Positions 21,889 to 24,000 of a stretch of DNA of 24,000 nucleotides are shown here, one piece after another. Origin of the DNA: an uncultured Candidatus Saccharibacteria bacterium. GTDB taxonomy: Bacteria; Patescibacteriota; Minisyncoccia; UBA6257; UBA9933. The translations under genes and the position numbers were made by a program. The stretch is taken from NCBI GenBank assembly GCA_964563845.1, contig CAZLYJ010000002.1, positions 1 to 24,000 on the forward strand, given 5' to 3'. The notes beneath the pieces were generated by a model. The model did not search any database, had not been told where the DNA came from, and was given only the letters and a program-made list of their open reading frames with translations. How positions within the stretch are numbered: the first letter of the stretch is position 1; each line of letters begins with the position of its first letter.

Positions 21889-22749
21889 ATGTTTTCCCGT
21901 CGTCATTTAATTTTATTGCTGGTTTTCCTGGCGATTTTTGATTTTTTCGTTTGGTCGGAAATTGTTTTTGGAAGGGAGAGAACCACTAATAAAAATTCAG
22001 AAGTTTATTTTTTGGATATAGGTCAGGGCGACAGCGAATTGATAAATTTGGCCGGCGGAGTCCAGATTTTAATAGACGGCGGCCCGAACAAAAAAATTTT
22101 GGATGAACTGGCTTCAATTTTGCCCGTAACCGATCGCTATATAGATTTAGTAATTCTATCTCATCCTCAATATGACCATTTCGCCGGCTTGATTGATGTT
22201 TTAAAACGGTATCAAATCGGCGCTTTTATTTATAACGGCCGAAATGGCGAAATAAAAGCTTTTGAGGATTTGGAAAAAGTTTTGAAAGAGAATAAAATTA
22301 AAACAATTGTTTTGGTTCAAGGAGATAAAATCAAATATCGGAATAATCAATTGGATATTATTTCTCCAGCTTCAGATTTTTTGAAAAGCAAAGAATTAAA
22401 CGACACCAGTTTGGTAATAAGTTTACAAAGCGCGGGAGCGAAATTTTTATTTACCGGCGATATCGGTTTTGCGGTGGAAAATTATTTAGCGAAAAATTTT
22501 GACCTTAAAAGCGATGTTTTGAAAGTGGCTCATCATGGTTCAAGATATTCTTCGGGCGAGGAATTTTTAAAAAAGGTGAATCCGAAAATTTCGGTTATTG
22601 AAGTAGGTAAAAATTCTTACGGCCATCCGACGAGTCAGGCGTTAAACGGATTAGCTTCGGTCGGTTCGCGCGTTTTTCGCACGGATTATGACGGAACAAT
22701 TAAATTAATAATCAATGGAAATAAAATTGATATTTTAAAGAGAAAATGA
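21889..22749 (+). CDS. Membrane-anchored ComEC/Rec2-type metallo-beta-lactamase-fold hydrolase (stand-alone domain)
   Basis: 286 aa. One N-terminal TM helix (LILLLVFLAIFDFFVWSEIVF), then ComEC C-terminal-domain signatures: YFLDIGQGDSELI, ILIDGGP, LSHPQYDHFAGL, FTGD, VAHHGS, NSYGHP, FRTDYDGTI. The ComEC channel (Competence) and OB-fold domains are absent. Confidence 0.78.
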   Translation: MFSRRHLILLLVFLAIFDFFVWSEIVFGRERTTNKNSEVYFLDIGQGDSELINLAGGVQILIDGGPNKKILDELASILPVTDRYIDLVILSHPQYDHFAGLIDVLKRYQIGAFIYNGRNGEIKAFEDLEKVLKENKIKTIVLVQGDKIKYRNNQLDIISPASDFLKSKELNDTSLVISLQSAGAKFLFTGDIGFAVENYLAKNFDLKSDVLKVAHHGSRYSSGEEFLKKVNPKISVIEVGKNSYGHPTSQALNGLASVGSRVFRTDYDGTIKLIINGNKIDILKRK

Positions 22750-22763
22750 TAATTTAAACAATT

Positions 22764-23327
22764 ATGGTTCTTTCGGACAGAGACATAAAAAAAACGATTA
22801 AAGAAGGAAAGTTGGTTTTTAGGCCTGAATTAGATACGGATCAAATTGGACCGGCTTCAATTGACTTGAAATTAAGTCCGATTTTTAAGGTTTTTCACAC
22901 CGAAAAGCAAAGCCTGTTAGACATCAGAAAGGGATTGCCAAAAGAATTTATGAAAACCTACAAAATGAAAGACAAAAACGATTATTTTGTTGTTCATCCA
23001 AATGATTTTATTTTGGCGAGCACAATTGAATATATAAAAGTTCCCGACAATATAATAGTAAGAGTTGAGGGAAAAAGTTCTTTGGCGAGAATGGGAATTT
23101 TAGTCCATACCGCCGGTTTTGTTGACCCGGGTTTTGAGGGAACGCTTACTTTGGAAATCAGCAATCAGTCTAATTTGGCCGTGACTTTGTATCCGGAAAT
23201 GTACATTTGCCAGATTGCCGTTGAATATTTGTCGTCTCCATCGGAAATACCTTACAATAAAAGAAAAAAATCTCTTTATTCAAAACAGAAAGGGCCAATG
23301 GAAGTAAAAATAAAAAATCTTTTTTAA
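22764..23327 (+). CDS. dcd: dCTP deaminase (possibly bifunctional dCTP deaminase/dUTPase)
   Basis: 187 aa. MVLSDRDIKK N-terminus, GPASIDLKL, VEGKSSLARMGI and GFEGTLTLEISN are typical Dcd segments. Confidence 0.9.
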   Translation: MVLSDRDIKKTIKEGKLVFRPELDTDQIGPASIDLKLSPIFKVFHTEKQSLLDIRKGLPKEFMKTYKMKDKNDYFVVHPNDFILASTIEYIKVPDNIIVRVEGKSSLARMGILVHTAGFVDPGFEGTLTLEISNQSNLAVTLYPEMYICQIAVEYLSSPSEIPYNKRKKSLYSKQKGPMEVKIKNLF

Positions 23328-23331
23328 TATA

Positions 23332-24000
23332 ATGCGGACTTTAACTAAAGAAATCGTCAATAAAGAAAACGAAACGATTGAATTACTTGGCTGGGTGGCG
23401 GTTCGTCGCGACCACGGCAAACTGATTTTTATTGATTTAAGAGATAGGAGCGGCGTTGCTCAAGTCGTTTTTTTGCCGAAACCGGAAGAACTTCATTCTT
23501 TGGCGGATAAATTGCGTTCGGAATGGGTTGTAAAAATTGTCGGCAAAGTCAACAATCGGCCTAAAGGAATGGAAAATCCGGAAATTGAAACGGGCGAATT
23601 TGAAATTCAAGCGGAGAAATTGGAAATTTTGAATCAGGCGGAAGCGTTGCCGATTGCCATAGACACCGATGGTTATGAGATCGGCGAAGAATCAAGAATG
23701 AAACACCGTTATCTTGATTTGCGTCGGCCACGACTTCAGAAAAATTTGAAAATGCGGGCTGAAATTATTAAATTTATCCGCGATTTTTTAGCGGAAAGGG
23801 ATTTTGTGGAAATTGAGACGCCGATTTTGGGGAAATCCACGCCCGAAGGCGCCCGCGATTATTTAGTTCCCAGTAGGTTTCATTCGGGGAAATTTTACGC
23901 TTTGCCTCAATCTCCTCAGCAATATAAGCAATTACTTATGGCCGCCGGTTTTGAAAAATATTTTCAAATTGCCAAGTGTTTTCGGGATGAAGACACTCGC
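23332..24000 (+). CDS. aspS: Aspartyl-tRNA synthetase, 5' partial (runs off the window)
   Basis: Not in the ORF track because no stop is reached. My translation from ATG 23332 gives MRTLTKEIVNKENETIELLGWVAVRRDHGKLIFIDLRDRSGVAQVVF (OB-fold anticodon-binding domain) and, near the window end, FQIAKCFRDEDTR (class II motif 2 region). Confidence 0.92.
   Translation, partial: MRTLTKEIVNKENETIELLGWVAVRRDHGKLIFIDLRDRSGVAQVVFLPKPEELHSLADKLRSEWVVKIVGKVNNRPKGMENPEIETGEFEIQAEKLEILNQAEALPIAIDTDGYEIGEESRMKHRYLDLRRPRLQKNLKMRAEIIKFIRDFLAERDFVEIETPILGKSTPEGARDYLVPSRFHSGKFYALPQSPQQYKQLLMAAGFEKYFQIAKCFRDEDTR

Noticed and set aside
1-24000. A search by eye for CRISPR arrays, IS elements or transposases, integrases, phage genes, retron or DGR reverse transcriptases, restriction-modification systems and known defence genes.
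   Set aside because: No regularly spaced direct repeats, inverted terminal repeats or recognisable enzymes of these classes were found. The region is mainly housekeeping, apart from the pilus operon and the small orphans.
1-24000. Possible alternative genetic code, with UGA read as Gly or Trp as in some CPR lineages.
   Set aside because: TGA terminates clearly complete genes at the expected lengths (pgk, pilB, the propeller-pilin, the ComEC-like gene). No conserved gene is interrupted by an in-frame TGA.

Overview
AT-rich window with small, tightly packed genes, many of them with overlapping start and stop codons. Spot counts of typical 60-nt lines give 28-38% GC. It uses the standard genetic code, since TGA closes several clearly intact genes. 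No transposase, integrase, CRISPR array or rRNA is visible. Gene content and style fit a reduced-genome bacterium of the Patescibacteria/CPR type; this is inference from composition and gene set, not a database result.

Content from left to right:
- A GNAT-like ORF and a divergent FtsB/DivIC-like ORF.
- An operon lepA - membrane-anchored chaperone-like ORF - tRNA-Gly(CCC) - pgk - DHH/DHHA1 phosphoesterase - RNase HI.
- A self-contained orphan membrane-protein cassette with its own promoter, perfect SD and terminator.
- RNase P RNA (bacterial type A) with a near-consensus promoter.
- typA/bipA (minus strand), an ABC-F ATPase, a DEAD-box helicase, obg (minus strand), a small membrane ORF, an SGNH/GDSL hydrolase and tRNA-Gln(UUG) (both minus strand).
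- A seven-gene type IV pilus / Com-pseudopilus-like operon: pilB, pilC and five prepilin-like genes.
- def-fmt (minus strand) and three small orphan ORFs.
- An operon of Fe/Mn-SOD - stand-alone ComEC-type metallo-beta-lactamase domain - dcd - aspS (runs off the window).

Most interesting observations:
1. A minor pilin is fused through a Gly-rich linker to about seven LVIVD beta-propeller repeats. This is a candidate pilus-tip adhesin, analogous to PilY1 but covalently fused.
2. The pilus operon is minimal, comG-like, and lies about 3 kb from a membrane-anchored ComEC nuclease domain.
3. Shine-Dalgarno sequences are almost absent, and -10-like hexamers sit 6-9 nt before the ATG of operon-first genes, suggesting leaderless mRNAs. 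Two orphan cassettes with textbook SD sites and intrinsic terminators stand out against this.
4. tRNA-Gly is embedded in an operon like a punctuation mark, and tRNA-Gln has a promoter placing the transcription start at its mature 5' end.
5. The DEAD-box helicase, and to a lesser extent bipA and the orphan cassette, are compositional outliers.

All functional calls rest on motifs read by eye. No searches were run.
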